A DNA stretch of 64,000 nt from Desulfotomaculum sp. (GTDB lineage Bacteria > Bacillota > Desulfotomaculia > Desulfotomaculales > Nap2-2B). The DNA lies in the NCBI GenBank assembly GCA_003513005.1, contig DOTD01000032.1, positions 4,847 through 68,846 of the forward strand, read 5' to 3'. A model generated the notes under the pieces. That model did not search any database, was not told where the DNA came from, and worked only from the letters and a program-made list of their open reading frames with translations. Shown here in pieces: positions 21,401 to 29,938 of this stretch (its first letter is position 1; each line of letters opens with the position of its first letter). A program made the position numbers and the translations under genes.

Positions 21401-21527
21401 GTATATCAACTTCGGGCATATCGTTGATGGATAGCCCAAGAAGTCCGACTATGCCCAGGGCGACAAGTGCGATAATTACAACGAAGGCAAAAACAGGGCG
21501 TTTTAAGCTGACATCGGTCAGGCTCAT
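18438..21527 (-). CDS. RND efflux transporter permease (AcrB/HAE1-like)
   Basis: 1029 aa, 12-TM AcrB architecture with two large extracytoplasmic loops. Confidence 0.9.
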   Translation of the reverse strand: MSLTDVSLKRPVFAFVVIIALVALGIVGLLGLSINDMPEVDIPYMGVSVSLPGASPDQVESKITKKVEETIGQISGVKHITSTVSEGYSFTFIEFTLEKPQEEASQDVRTKLDAIRGTLPQDIDEPVITKFDIDARPILSLVVTGKQQNNDLSELVDDTITKRLNTVSGVGSIDVYGDKKREIQIRLDKEKLAALNLTTAEVLSGLRKDNLDIPSGKVSDGSREITLRTYSSIKNVNDFNDILLATRNGSEIRVRDVAEVVDGFKDQTSLSYYEGKECIGIDIVKQSGANTVAVSDNLKKELASIESALPAGVKIHIVNDNSKDIRESVRNVEKTMIEGCILAVIIVFLFLRRLGSTAISAISLPTSIITTFAILKFMNFTLNFITLGALSLAVGLLIDDSIVVIENIVRHIRMGKTPLQAAKEATSEIGLAVMSTTFSVVAIFLPIAMTSGLIGRFLVEFGLTVIFSVLVSLFVSFTLAPLLSSRYLEAEESGVKGPVGRFLAWFNRLFDLLAGYYQRLLSKVLNRRAITLAVVSVLFLLSLALIPQMGTGFSPNEDRGWINISAGLDSGLALDEADKKARIFEKIVRKNPEVRYIYTTVQPDSISLGIKLTDKEDRKESADEIGVKMREELRKVPGIDLSVVTSPSVSLSSGKMISYHIKGDDFNQLLEYSQKAKQIMNHVPGAVDVGLSCKAGKPEERLDVDRDVAADLGVSPAAVSDTLNTLYNGVVAGQYETEEDRYDVRVRLKDEQRKNLDSLDGIYIPSSNPGSGGLMMIPLEQVTRKVFTTSSSTINRYDKSREIQLQANYTGISMGTFSNLFMKKLNSELKTPKGISIGAGEDQAMMMESALSMLQAMLLGILFMFLILSAQFESFLDPLVIMFALPLAIIGAVLALFVTGSDLTVVGGIGIIMLLGLVSKNAILLVDFIKQQRSAGVERKGAILNAGLIRLRPILMTTLAMIFGMLPSALAMGTGSEMRQPMAFAIIGGLISSTLLTLLIVPIIYTVVDDLRNSASKKKKLKVVAKAAD

Positions 21528-21531
21528 CTCT

Positions 21532-22641
21532 TTATTCCCCCTGTCCGCTTACAGAAACCTCATCCCCGTCCTGCAGCATGTTAAGATTGGTGACAATTAC
21601 TTTTTCGCCTGCTTTCAATCCGGAGATGACCTCGGCCAGATTATTTTGAGTCTCTCCGATTGTTACGGCGTGTTTGCGGGCGACACTATTTTCAATGGTG
21701 AATACAGAGTAATTGCCTTCGGCGCCGGTCAGCGCTTTCATCGGGATGACGACTTTTTCCACAGTCTCGTCAACCGGTATTTCAACATAAGCAAATTCAC
21801 CGGGATGAAGCTTTCCTGCTTCATTACCAACCTGGACCTTGCAGTCAAATACCCGCGCCGAGACATCTGCCGCGATATCAATTGTTTTGACGACGCCTTG
21901 ATATCCTTTGGTATCCTCCCTGGAAAGCTTCACGGTGGCTTTTGATCCTGCTTTTACTTTGTCCAGGTCACTTTGTTTTACTTGGATTACGGCGTACAGC
22001 GAGGCAGTGTTCTTAACCTTGGCCAGAACATTACTGGGAGAAACAAACTGGCCGAGGACGACTTCTTTTTCATCCACTGCGCCGCTTATAGGGGATCTGA
22101 CGACAGTGTCTTCCAGAGTGTCCTGAAGAATTTCAATATTAATCCTGGCCGATTCCAAATCAACCTTGGCCGTCTTCAGGGCTGCTTCCGCGTTTTCAAA
22201 ATCGGATTTGGATACAGCGCTGTTGTCATAAAGCTGCTTAATCCTGTCATAGTTGCGTTGGGATAAATCCAGGTTAAGCTCCAGTTTCTGTAAATTGGTT
22301 TGAGCGGACTTCAACTGGTTTGCAAGATCCTGATCGTCTAGCATAACCATAGGTGCGCCCTGCGTCACTTTTCTGCCGTTATCAAACAGGATCTGGACGA
22401 CTTTTCCGCTTATTTTGCTGCTGACAATTCCCTCTTCCTCAGGTTCCAGAGTAGCTTTAAACGATAAAACGGAAGCATTTTTAACAGTCTTTGCCTGCTG
22501 CGCCTCGACATAGACCTTGTTGCCCGCAGATGCCGGCGCAGGTGTCTTCTTGGCTGTCACCATTTTAAAAGCCCAAAATGCTCCGGCTGCCAAAACTATT
22601 ATAATTATTGGTATTAAAATTATTTTCCGGCTTATTTTCAT
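21532..22641 (-). CDS. RND efflux periplasmic adaptor (HlyD/MFP family)
   Basis: About 369 aa from ATG 22641 (MKISRKIILIPIIII, signal anchor). Coiled-coil hairpin and beta-barrel regions. Lies 4 nt upstream of the RND permease. Confidence 0.85.
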   Translation of the reverse strand: MKISRKIILIPIIIIVLAAGAFWAFKMVTAKKTPAPASAGNKVYVEAQQAKTVKNASVLSFKATLEPEEEGIVSSKISGKVVQILFDNGRKVTQGAPMVMLDDQDLANQLKSAQTNLQKLELNLDLSQRNYDRIKQLYDNSAVSKSDFENAEAALKTAKVDLESARINIEILQDTLEDTVVRSPISGAVDEKEVVLGQFVSPSNVLAKVKNTASLYAVIQVKQSDLDKVKAGSKATVKLSREDTKGYQGVVKTIDIAADVSARVFDCKVQVGNEAGKLHPGEFAYVEIPVDETVEKVVIPMKALTGAEGNYSVFTIENSVARKHAVTIGETQNNLAEVISGLKAGEKVIVTNLNMLQDGDEVSVSGQGE

Positions 22642-23360
22642 TATTCTTTTTATCCTCCCCTTCCCCTGAAAAACCACTTCTTATTCTAAGCTAACCAACC
22701 AGCAGATGAATATCCTGCAAGAATACCAACGTTTGTTTATTATCTCTTCACTGCAGCCGGATAATTTTCTTTGCTTCTTTTATTTATAATAATCACTTCC
22801 AGAAATAAATAAGAAATGTATTTTAATGGTTTCTTAATTGAACGAACGGTCGGTCAAGCGCTATTATTTTATTAACTTTTTTCCTTTATTGCAAGTAAAA
22901 AATAATAATGTATATTTCTTGTATATTTGAAAATAAGAGCCTGTATAAAAATTTCAAAAAAATGTTTAAAACCTCTTAAGATTCTCAAAAGCTGACCGAT
23001 AAATATATATGATTTGCCCTGTCCTAAAGCGCCGCTTGTCGTGACGCCCCTCTGCCCGGCAACCTTAAAACGTGTGGCAGAAGTATGGCAGTTTATAGAA
23101 AACGCTGGCGAATAGAATTGTTCTCCAAGTCAATTTTGATACAACTGGTATAGCTTTTTCAAGTTCATGTGTTTGCGCATCAATTTTTGTGTTTATGGAA
23201 CTAATGATGTTCTGCAGGAAAATTATTCTAGACAAAGAATAATAAAAAAGAAGATTTATGAGTCGAAATCAACATAAAAGTTCTAAAAATTAATAAAATA
23301 GTCAGTTGAATAAATGTAATAAAAAATTTTATGAAACTGCACAAGGAAAAAAGAAGTTTT

Positions 23361-23390
23361 TAATTCACTTCTTTGTAATTCACTTCTTTG
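23361..23390 (+). repeat. 15-bp tandem direct repeat upstream of the protease gene
   Basis: TAATTCACTTCTTTG x2, about 115 bp upstream of ATG 23507. Confidence 0.8.
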
Positions 23391-23506
23391 CAGGTTGGAA
23401 TTGAACCGCAGCAAATAGTGTGGTTAAAGAATATGGAAGGATGTGGGAAATAAAAAAATAAAACAAGCGCTTTAAAACAAGAAAAGAAATATAGACAAGA
23501 AAGGAA

Positions 23507-26260
23507 ATGATCGGTTTGAACTATACCAGGAATAGAGCCAGTTTTACAAAAGTAATTGCGTTTATCACTCTTAAGTTTTTTATACTGTCTTTTTTATTGC
23601 TTTTTTTACCGGCGTCCGGTTTTGCTCAAGATGAACAAGAACTTTCTATTGCGCCAACTAATCCTGCTTTTGCTCAGTATGTAAATAATGATAATTCCAG
23701 AAAAATAAAAACTGTTACAGAAAAGGTGTACCCTCTTGGCCGTATCCCTTCTCCTTTCCTATATAAGGTTGAGAAAAGGGCCAGCACTCTAAAAAGCAGC
23801 AAAGCATTAGCAGCATATCCAGCAAGATATGACCTGCGCGACACGGGGAAAGTTACAGATGTGAGAGACCAGGGCCAATGCGGGAGCTGTTGGACATTCG
23901 GCGCATACGCTTCACTTGAATCAGCGCTTCTTCCCTCGGAAACATGGGATTTTTCAGAAAACAACCTGAAGAACACGAATGGATTTGATCCAGGCTGCTG
24001 TGATGGCGGTAATGATTGGATGTCTATAGCTTACCTGTCGAGGTGGAGTGGACCTGTCCTGGAAGCAGACGATCCCTATGACTATAGCAGTTGTTTGTCT
24101 CCAAACGGGGTCTCAGCCCAAAAACATGTCCAGGAAGTTATATTTCCTTACACTATTGCTGAAATAAAAGATGCGATCATGAATCATGGCGCATTGGCTA
24201 CAAGTTTTTACTATGACGATTCTTGTTTTAACTATGCAAACAACGCATACTATTTCCCTTACGAAGGCTATTATTCCAACCATGAAGTAGCAATAGTTGG
24301 CTGGGATGACAATTACCCGCTGGGGAATTTTGCGCCTTATACACCGTCCGCCAATGGCGCATTTATTCTGAAAAATAGTTGGGGACCAGGCTGGGGAGAC
24401 GGAGGTTATTTTTACATCTCCTATGAAGACAGCAACTGTGGTTATGAGAATGCGGGATTCTATAGTGCGGAATCAACTACGAATTATGATGATATATATC
24501 AATACGATCCCCTTGGCTGCTCGGAACTGATAGGCGCCAGCTATACTCCATACTTATGGGGAGCAAACGTCTTCACCGCGAGAGCGCAAGGGCAAATTAA
24601 AGCAGTAAGTTTTTATACGCTGGATAGCAACGTGAATTATGAAGCAAGTGTTTATAAGAACGTTGCATCTGCTCCTACAACTGGAATATTAGCTGGAACA
24701 AAAACCGGATCGATAAATGTTGCGGGTTATCATACAGTAGAATTAAATTCTCCTGTTTTAATTTCAAATGGCGAAAAGTTTTCAATAGTAATCAAACTAA
24801 CAAATCTTAACGGCTACCCATACCAACACGCAATTGAAAAGCCTTATTCCGGCTATAGCAGTACGGCTACAGCCAGTTCCGGACAGAGTTTTTACAGTAT
24901 AAATGGATATTCCTGGACAGACTTGACATCAGCTATTGGAAAAACTAATTTTTGCATAAAAGCATTTACTGAATCTACTGCTGTTCCTACTGTTCCGACC
25001 GTGACAACCAATGCCGCCACCGGTATAACCCAGACCTCCGCCACTTTAAACGGGGTTATCACCGCCGTCGGCGGATCGCCTGTCGACAGCTACGGTTTTG
25101 ACTGGGGGATAAGTCCGTTTTCATTAACCAACCATATAGAAGTTGGCTCAACCAGTCCCGGCAGCACACCCTTTAGCTTTAACAATGTTCTGACAGGACT
25201 TGCTTCTGACAAAACATACTATTTTAAGGCTTATGCGCACAACACCGGCGGCCAAAGTACCAATACCACTGTAAAAAACTTCACTACGCTAAAGAATAAC
25301 CCCCCGGCCGTGACCACCAATGCCGCCACCGGTATAACCCAGACCTCCGCCACCTTAAACGGGGTCATCACCGCCGTCGGCGGGTCTCCTGTCGACAGCT
25401 ACGGTTTCGACTGGGGGACCAGTCCGACATCTTTAACAAACCGTTTTGAAGTTGGTGTAACCAGTCCCGGCAGCACCCCTTTTAACTTTAACAATGTTCT
25501 GACAGGACTTAATTCCAACAAAACCTACTATTTTAAGGCCTATGCGCACAATGCCGGCGGCCAAAGTACCAATACCACTGTAAAAAACTTCACTACGCTA
25601 AAGAATAACCCACCGGCCGTGACCACCAATGCCGCCACCGGTATAACCCAGACCTCCGCCACTTTAAACGGGGTTATCACCGCCGTCGGCGGATCGCCTG
25701 TCGACAGCTACGGTTTCGACTGGGGGACCAGTCCGACATCTTTAACAAACCGTTTTGAAGTTGGTGTAACCAGTCCCGGCAGCACCCCTTTTAACTTTAA
25801 CAATGTTCTGACAGGACTTAATTCCAACAAAACCTACTATTTTAAGGCCTATGCGCACAACACCGGTGGTCAAAGCACAAATACTACCATAAAAAGATTT
25901 ACTACGCTCAAGAATATCCCACCGACTGTGACAACCAATAATGCCACCGGTATAACCAAGACTTCCGCTGCTTTAAACGGCGTCATCAATGCCATCGGCG
26001 GATCGCCTGTCGACAGCTACGGCTTTTATTGGGGGACCAGTCCGACATCTTTAACCAACCGTTTTGAAGTTGGTGTAACCAGTCCCGGCAGCACCCCCTT
26101 TAGCTTTAACAATGTTCTAACAGGGCTTACCTGCTCCAGAACCTACTACTATAAAGCTTACGCAACCAACTCAGCGGGTACCAGCTATGGAAAAATTAAA
26201 TATTTTACTACTCTTTCTTGCTATGGCAAGTATCGTAACCCGAAGAAGCTGGAACTATAA
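23507..26260 (+). CDS. secreted papain-like (C1 family) cysteine protease with four Fn3-like repeat domains
   Basis: 917 aa. Signal peptide, catalytic QGQCGSCWTFG, His/Asn region (NHEVAIVGWDD, KNSWGPGWG). Four ~103-aa C-terminal repeats (TTNAATGITQTSATLNGVITAVGGSPVDSYGFDWGTS...YYFKAYAHN). Confidence 0.85.
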   Translation: MIGLNYTRNRASFTKVIAFITLKFFILSFLLLFLPASGFAQDEQELSIAPTNPAFAQYVNNDNSRKIKTVTEKVYPLGRIPSPFLYKVEKRASTLKSSKALAAYPARYDLRDTGKVTDVRDQGQCGSCWTFGAYASLESALLPSETWDFSENNLKNTNGFDPGCCDGGNDWMSIAYLSRWSGPVLEADDPYDYSSCLSPNGVSAQKHVQEVIFPYTIAEIKDAIMNHGALATSFYYDDSCFNYANNAYYFPYEGYYSNHEVAIVGWDDNYPLGNFAPYTPSANGAFILKNSWGPGWGDGGYFYISYEDSNCGYENAGFYSAESTTNYDDIYQYDPLGCSELIGASYTPYLWGANVFTARAQGQIKAVSFYTLDSNVNYEASVYKNVASAPTTGILAGTKTGSINVAGYHTVELNSPVLISNGEKFSIVIKLTNLNGYPYQHAIEKPYSGYSSTATASSGQSFYSINGYSWTDLTSAIGKTNFCIKAFTESTAVPTVPTVTTNAATGITQTSATLNGVITAVGGSPVDSYGFDWGISPFSLTNHIEVGSTSPGSTPFSFNNVLTGLASDKTYYFKAYAHNTGGQSTNTTVKNFTTLKNNPPAVTTNAATGITQTSATLNGVITAVGGSPVDSYGFDWGTSPTSLTNRFEVGVTSPGSTPFNFNNVLTGLNSNKTYYFKAYAHNAGGQSTNTTVKNFTTLKNNPPAVTTNAATGITQTSATLNGVITAVGGSPVDSYGFDWGTSPTSLTNRFEVGVTSPGSTPFNFNNVLTGLNSNKTYYFKAYAHNTGGQSTNTTIKRFTTLKNIPPTVTTNNATGITKTSAALNGVINAIGGSPVDSYGFYWGTSPTSLTNRFEVGVTSPGSTPFSFNNVLTGLTCSRTYYYKAYATNSAGTSYGKIKYFTTLSCYGKYRNPKKLEL
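24995..26230 (+). repeat. 4 x 309-bp tandem coding repeat
   Basis: Unit starts at 24995, 25304, 25613 and 25922. Units 2 and 3 share a long identical internal stretch. Confidence 0.9.
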
Positions 26261-26296
26261 GAGTAAGCCTTTTAAAAATTGACTATATAAAAAAAA

Positions 26297-26345
26297 GAGC
26301 CCGTTTTTCTTTTATAGCCATGCCTATAAAAAGAAAGACGGGCTT
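26297..26345 (+). other. long nested hairpin after the protease gene (possible terminator)
   Basis: Outer stem AGCCCGT/ACGGGCT and inner stem CTTTTATAG/CTATAAAAG. No clean T-run follows. Confidence 0.35.
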
Positions 26346-26374
26346 ATAAATTATAAATGCAGAAAGAACACAGA

Positions 26375-27307
26375 ACACAGGGGGACGGTACTCTAGAACA
26401 CAGGGGGACGGGAACACAGGGGGACGGTACTCTTGTGTCAAGGGGAAAATGCATGGTAGAATCAGAGAAAAGGGAGAAGGGGCGGGAAGGAATGTCCAGG
26501 GAGCCAAGAGAGAAGAGTGAAACAGGAATCTACCATGTTATGGTACGAGGAATCGGCCAGCAGGATATTTTTCACGAAGAAGAAGATTTTCAGAGATACC
26601 TGGAAACTACAAAAAAGATATCTCTGGAAAGCGGGGTAAGCATACTCGGGTATTGCTTTATGACCAATCACATTCATTTATTGTTAAGAGAAGACTACGG
26701 TAATATATCAGTGTTTATGAAACGATTGGATATAAGTTACGCCTACTGGTACAACTGGAAATACGAAAGAATTGGGCACGTATTTCAAGATCGCTTTAAG
26801 AGTGAATGCGTAGAGGACGACGCATACCTACTGACAGTCATTCGCTACATCCACCAAAATCCCGTCAAAGCATCCATCACCAGCAAACCAGAGGAATATG
26901 AATGGAGCAGTTGCGCTGCTTATTATAAAGCGGATCGAAATATTGCCATATTTCCTGATACCAGTCAAATCTTAAGCATTATACATAATGAGAAGAAAAA
27001 GGCAATTGAAGGACTTCAAAATTTCACAGAAGAGGGTAACGAAGACCACTGCCTGGATTGCAATGAGATCAAACGAATCAGCGAGAGCGAAGCATATAAA
27101 ATCACCAAGAGAATAATGAATGGTGAACCGTTAACGGCTTTACAGACGATGGACCAGGATAAACGAAATAAAATATTAAGTCGCATAAAAAATGATGGAT
27201 TAAGCCTGCGGCAAATATGCAGGATAACCGGCTTACCATTCCACATTGTCAGAAAGGCTTAGATATTGACACAGAAGAACCGTCCCCTTGTGTCCCCTTG
27301 TGTCAAG
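26375..27307 (+). mobile_element. RAYT unit: IS200-like Y1 transposase flanked by inverted REP-like repeats
   Basis: Left side: three tandem ACACAGGGGGACGG units ending GGGGACGGTACTCTTGTGTCAAGGGG (26375-26440). Right side: TTGACACAGAAGAACCGTCCCCTTGTGTCCCCTTGTGTCAAG (27266-27307), the inverted counterpart. Confidence 0.65.
26492..27262 (+). CDS. REP-associated tyrosine transposase (IS200/Y1 family) with C-terminal HTH
   Basis: 256 aa from ATG 26492. HUH motif (TNHIHLLL) and catalytic Tyr region (VIRYIHQNPVKA). C-terminal DnaA-C-like HTH (LSLRQICRITGL). The first 45 codons of the track ORF are translated REP repeats. Confidence 0.8.
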   Translation: MSREPREKSETGIYHVMVRGIGQQDIFHEEEDFQRYLETTKKISLESGVSILGYCFMTNHIHLLLREDYGNISVFMKRLDISYAYWYNWKYERIGHVFQDRFKSECVEDDAYLLTVIRYIHQNPVKASITSKPEEYEWSSCAAYYKADRNIAIFPDTSQILSIIHNEKKKAIEGLQNFTEEGNEDHCLDCNEIKRISESEAYKITKRIMNGEPLTALQTMDQDKRNKILSRIKNDGLSLRQICRITGLPFHIVRKA

Positions 27308-27527
27308 ATAAACGAATAAGACTTACTGAGGAATAAGACTGGGATTAGAAAGAATTATAGAAGCTGAAGGAAGGCAATTTATTCAGAGGGAAGGAACATA
27401 CATGAATACTACGGCTAAGCCGTTGGTAGCGGGAAATATAACAAATCTGATCCGAGTAGTCCAATCATCTAGCAGTGGAATCATTAATTGTTAATTAGAC
27501 TAAACATGAAAGAAAGAAGGAACGGAT

Positions 27528-29654
27528 ATGCGTTATTCTTTGGTAGGACTGGACTGCCCGAACTGCGCCGCGAAACTGGAGCGGGAACTTCGTAAAGTAA
27601 ATGGTTTGGAGAATATAACTATCAACTTTAATACATTGAGCGTCGAACTGCCGGAAATATTTGCCGAAGAAGCCTGTGCCGTCATTAAACGGGTAGAACC
27701 GGAAGTTAAACTGCAAAAAGCTGAAAGGTCACAGTCTTCTTCATCAGCAGAGGAAGCTGAAGAACATAATAGTCTTTGGATAATTATCGGAGCAGGTTTA
27801 CTATTTGCCATTGGATTAATATTTAACCAATCACTGCATAATACGCCTTTTTCTTGGGCTGAGTATGCTGTTTTAATTCCGGCTTATCTCCTTGTTGGTT
27901 GGCCGGTTATTCTAGCCGCTTTTAGAAAAGCGGTAGGCGGAGAGTTATTCGATGAGAATTTCTTGATGACTATTTCTACCGGCGGGGCCATAGCGATCTA
28001 CCAATTGCCGGAGGCAGTGGGTGTGATGCTTTTTTATGCGGTTGGGGAATACTTGCAGGACCGGGCGGTCGATCACTCACGGCAATCTATCACCGCTTTG
28101 CTTAATACTCAGCCGGAATATGCCAATCTCAAAGAAAATGGGGGAATACGTCAAGTAAGACCTGAAGAAATTGAGATAGGCCAGATAATAATAATTAAAC
28201 CTGGTGAAAAAGTTCCCTTGGATGGCCAGATTATTGACGGGACATCATTCGTAGACACCTCAGCCTTAACCGGAGAATCTGTTCCGCGCAAGGTTGAGAT
28301 TGGCGGGAATATCTTATCAGGAATGATCAATGGTCAGGGACTTCTCACGGTCATGGTCTCCAAACCGTTTAAAGAATCGTCGGTGGCCAGGATCTTGGAA
28401 TTGGTCGAAAAAGCCAGTGAGAGAAAAGCTCCCACTGAACAGTTTATAACCAAATTTGCAAACTTCTACACCCCTATCGTTGTCGGGGCAGCCGCATTGA
28501 TTGCAATTATTCCGCCGTTGTTAGTCCCGGGAGCAGCATTCAGTGAATGGATTTACCGGGCGCTGGTACTATTGGTTATTTCCTGTCCTTGTGCGCTGAT
28601 GGTTTCTATCCCGTTGGGCTATTTTGGTGGAATTGGAGCTGCCTCGAAAAACGGAATCCTGGTTAAGGGAGCTAATTATATAGATGCCCTGGCGGAATTG
28701 GATACGGTTGTCTTTGATAAGACTGGTACCTTGACCAAAGGGGTTTTTCGGGTAACCCAGATCGTATCCAAAAATCACATTACCCCGGAAGAAATCCTGT
28801 CGGCAGCAGCCGGAGCGGAAATATACAGCAATCACCCCATTGCTCAATCAATCTTCGCTGCGTATAAGGAGAAGACCGGGAAAGAAATAACAGATGACCA
28901 GGTTAAGGATTACCGTGAAATTGCTGCCCACGGAATCAGCGCCTGTGTAAATGGGAACTGGGTTCTGGCGGGAAATGACCGGCTGATGCACAAGGAAAAT
29001 ATAATCCATGAAGATTGTGATGTTGCAGGAACTATTGTTTATGTAGCCATTGATGGGGTTTATGCCGGGTATATAGTTATATCTGATGAATTAAAACCCG
29101 ATGCAAAAGAGGCAATCAGTCGTTTAAAGCAGCTAGGGATTAGGAAAACTGTAATGCTTTCCGGTGATGATAAAACAGTGGCAGAAAAGGTCAGTCAGGA
29201 AATAGGAATTGATGAGTATTTTGCGGAATTACTGCCTGAAGGTAAGGTTGAGATGGTTGAAGAATTGGAAAAGGAGATAAAGCATCGGGAAAAACAAAAA
29301 CTGGTTTTTGTCGGTGATGGCATTAATGATGCACCCGTTATTACCAGGGCCGATATTGGAGTGGCAATGGGCGGATTGGGCAGTGATGCGGTGGTTGAAG
29401 CCGCAGATGTAGTTCTGATGGAGAATGCTCCTTCCAAGTTGGCAAAGGCGGTGGTAATCGCCAGAAGAACACGACGAATTGTTCGGCAAAATATCTGCAT
29501 GGCATTAACAGTTAAAGCCTTTTTTATTTTGCTTGGTACTATCGGCCTGGCCAGTATCTGGGAAGCTGTTTTTGCTGATGTAGGCGTAACATTCCTGGCT
29601 GTATTGAATGCCAGCCGGACACTGCAACGCCGAAAAAGGTCTATTACAGCCTAA
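27528..29654 (+). CDS. heavy-metal translocating P1B-type ATPase (Cd/Zn/Co-type)
   Basis: 708 aa. N-terminal HMA domain (GLDCPNCAAKLE), TM CPC motif (SCPCALM), DKTGTLT, SNHPIA, GDGINDAP. Confidence 0.9.
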   Translation: MRYSLVGLDCPNCAAKLERELRKVNGLENITINFNTLSVELPEIFAEEACAVIKRVEPEVKLQKAERSQSSSSAEEAEEHNSLWIIIGAGLLFAIGLIFNQSLHNTPFSWAEYAVLIPAYLLVGWPVILAAFRKAVGGELFDENFLMTISTGGAIAIYQLPEAVGVMLFYAVGEYLQDRAVDHSRQSITALLNTQPEYANLKENGGIRQVRPEEIEIGQIIIIKPGEKVPLDGQIIDGTSFVDTSALTGESVPRKVEIGGNILSGMINGQGLLTVMVSKPFKESSVARILELVEKASERKAPTEQFITKFANFYTPIVVGAAALIAIIPPLLVPGAAFSEWIYRALVLLVISCPCALMVSIPLGYFGGIGAASKNGILVKGANYIDALAELDTVVFDKTGTLTKGVFRVTQIVSKNHITPEEILSAAAGAEIYSNHPIAQSIFAAYKEKTGKEITDDQVKDYREIAAHGISACVNGNWVLAGNDRLMHKENIIHEDCDVAGTIVYVAIDGVYAGYIVISDELKPDAKEAISRLKQLGIRKTVMLSGDDKTVAEKVSQEIGIDEYFAELLPEGKVEMVEELEKEIKHREKQKLVFVGDGINDAPVITRADIGVAMGGLGSDAVVEAADVVLMENAPSKLAKAVVIARRTRRIVRQNICMALTVKAFFILLGTIGLASIWEAVFADVGVTFLAVLNASRTLQRRKRSITA

Positions 29655-29938
29655 AATCTTAAAACACCGTTCTAGCGGCGTGGATGTAAATTCCAAACAG
29701 CATCCCGGCCAGTCACCTTAACGACAATCTATGACTTCATCCGGCATTATTCCTTGACAGGGTCTGATAACCATGGGAAGATTATTAACATGGGCCTGCA
29801 GCCATTTCCATTTGTATGTTTCCGTGTTGAAAGTTATAATAAAAAATGATTATTTGAAACCAAAAAGAACTGGCGAAAATCCTCAAAAAAGATGTTTAAT
29901 AAAGCGCCTCAGGAGTATTAAAAAAGAAGGACGACCAA

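Noticed and set aside
18478-22266. Numerous plus-strand ORFs inside the RND and adaptor genes, and similar antisense ORFs throughout the window (for example 322-615, 2268-2729, 4855-5301, 30935-31696, 61099-61701)
   Set aside because: These are antisense shadows of long, homology-supported genes. None has independent support.
26357-26491. N-terminal extension of the RAYT ORF (MQKEHRTQGDGTLEHRGTGTQGDGTL...)
   Set aside because: It is a translation of the tandem REP-like units. An SD-served ATG at 26492 gives a normal Y1 transposase N-terminus.
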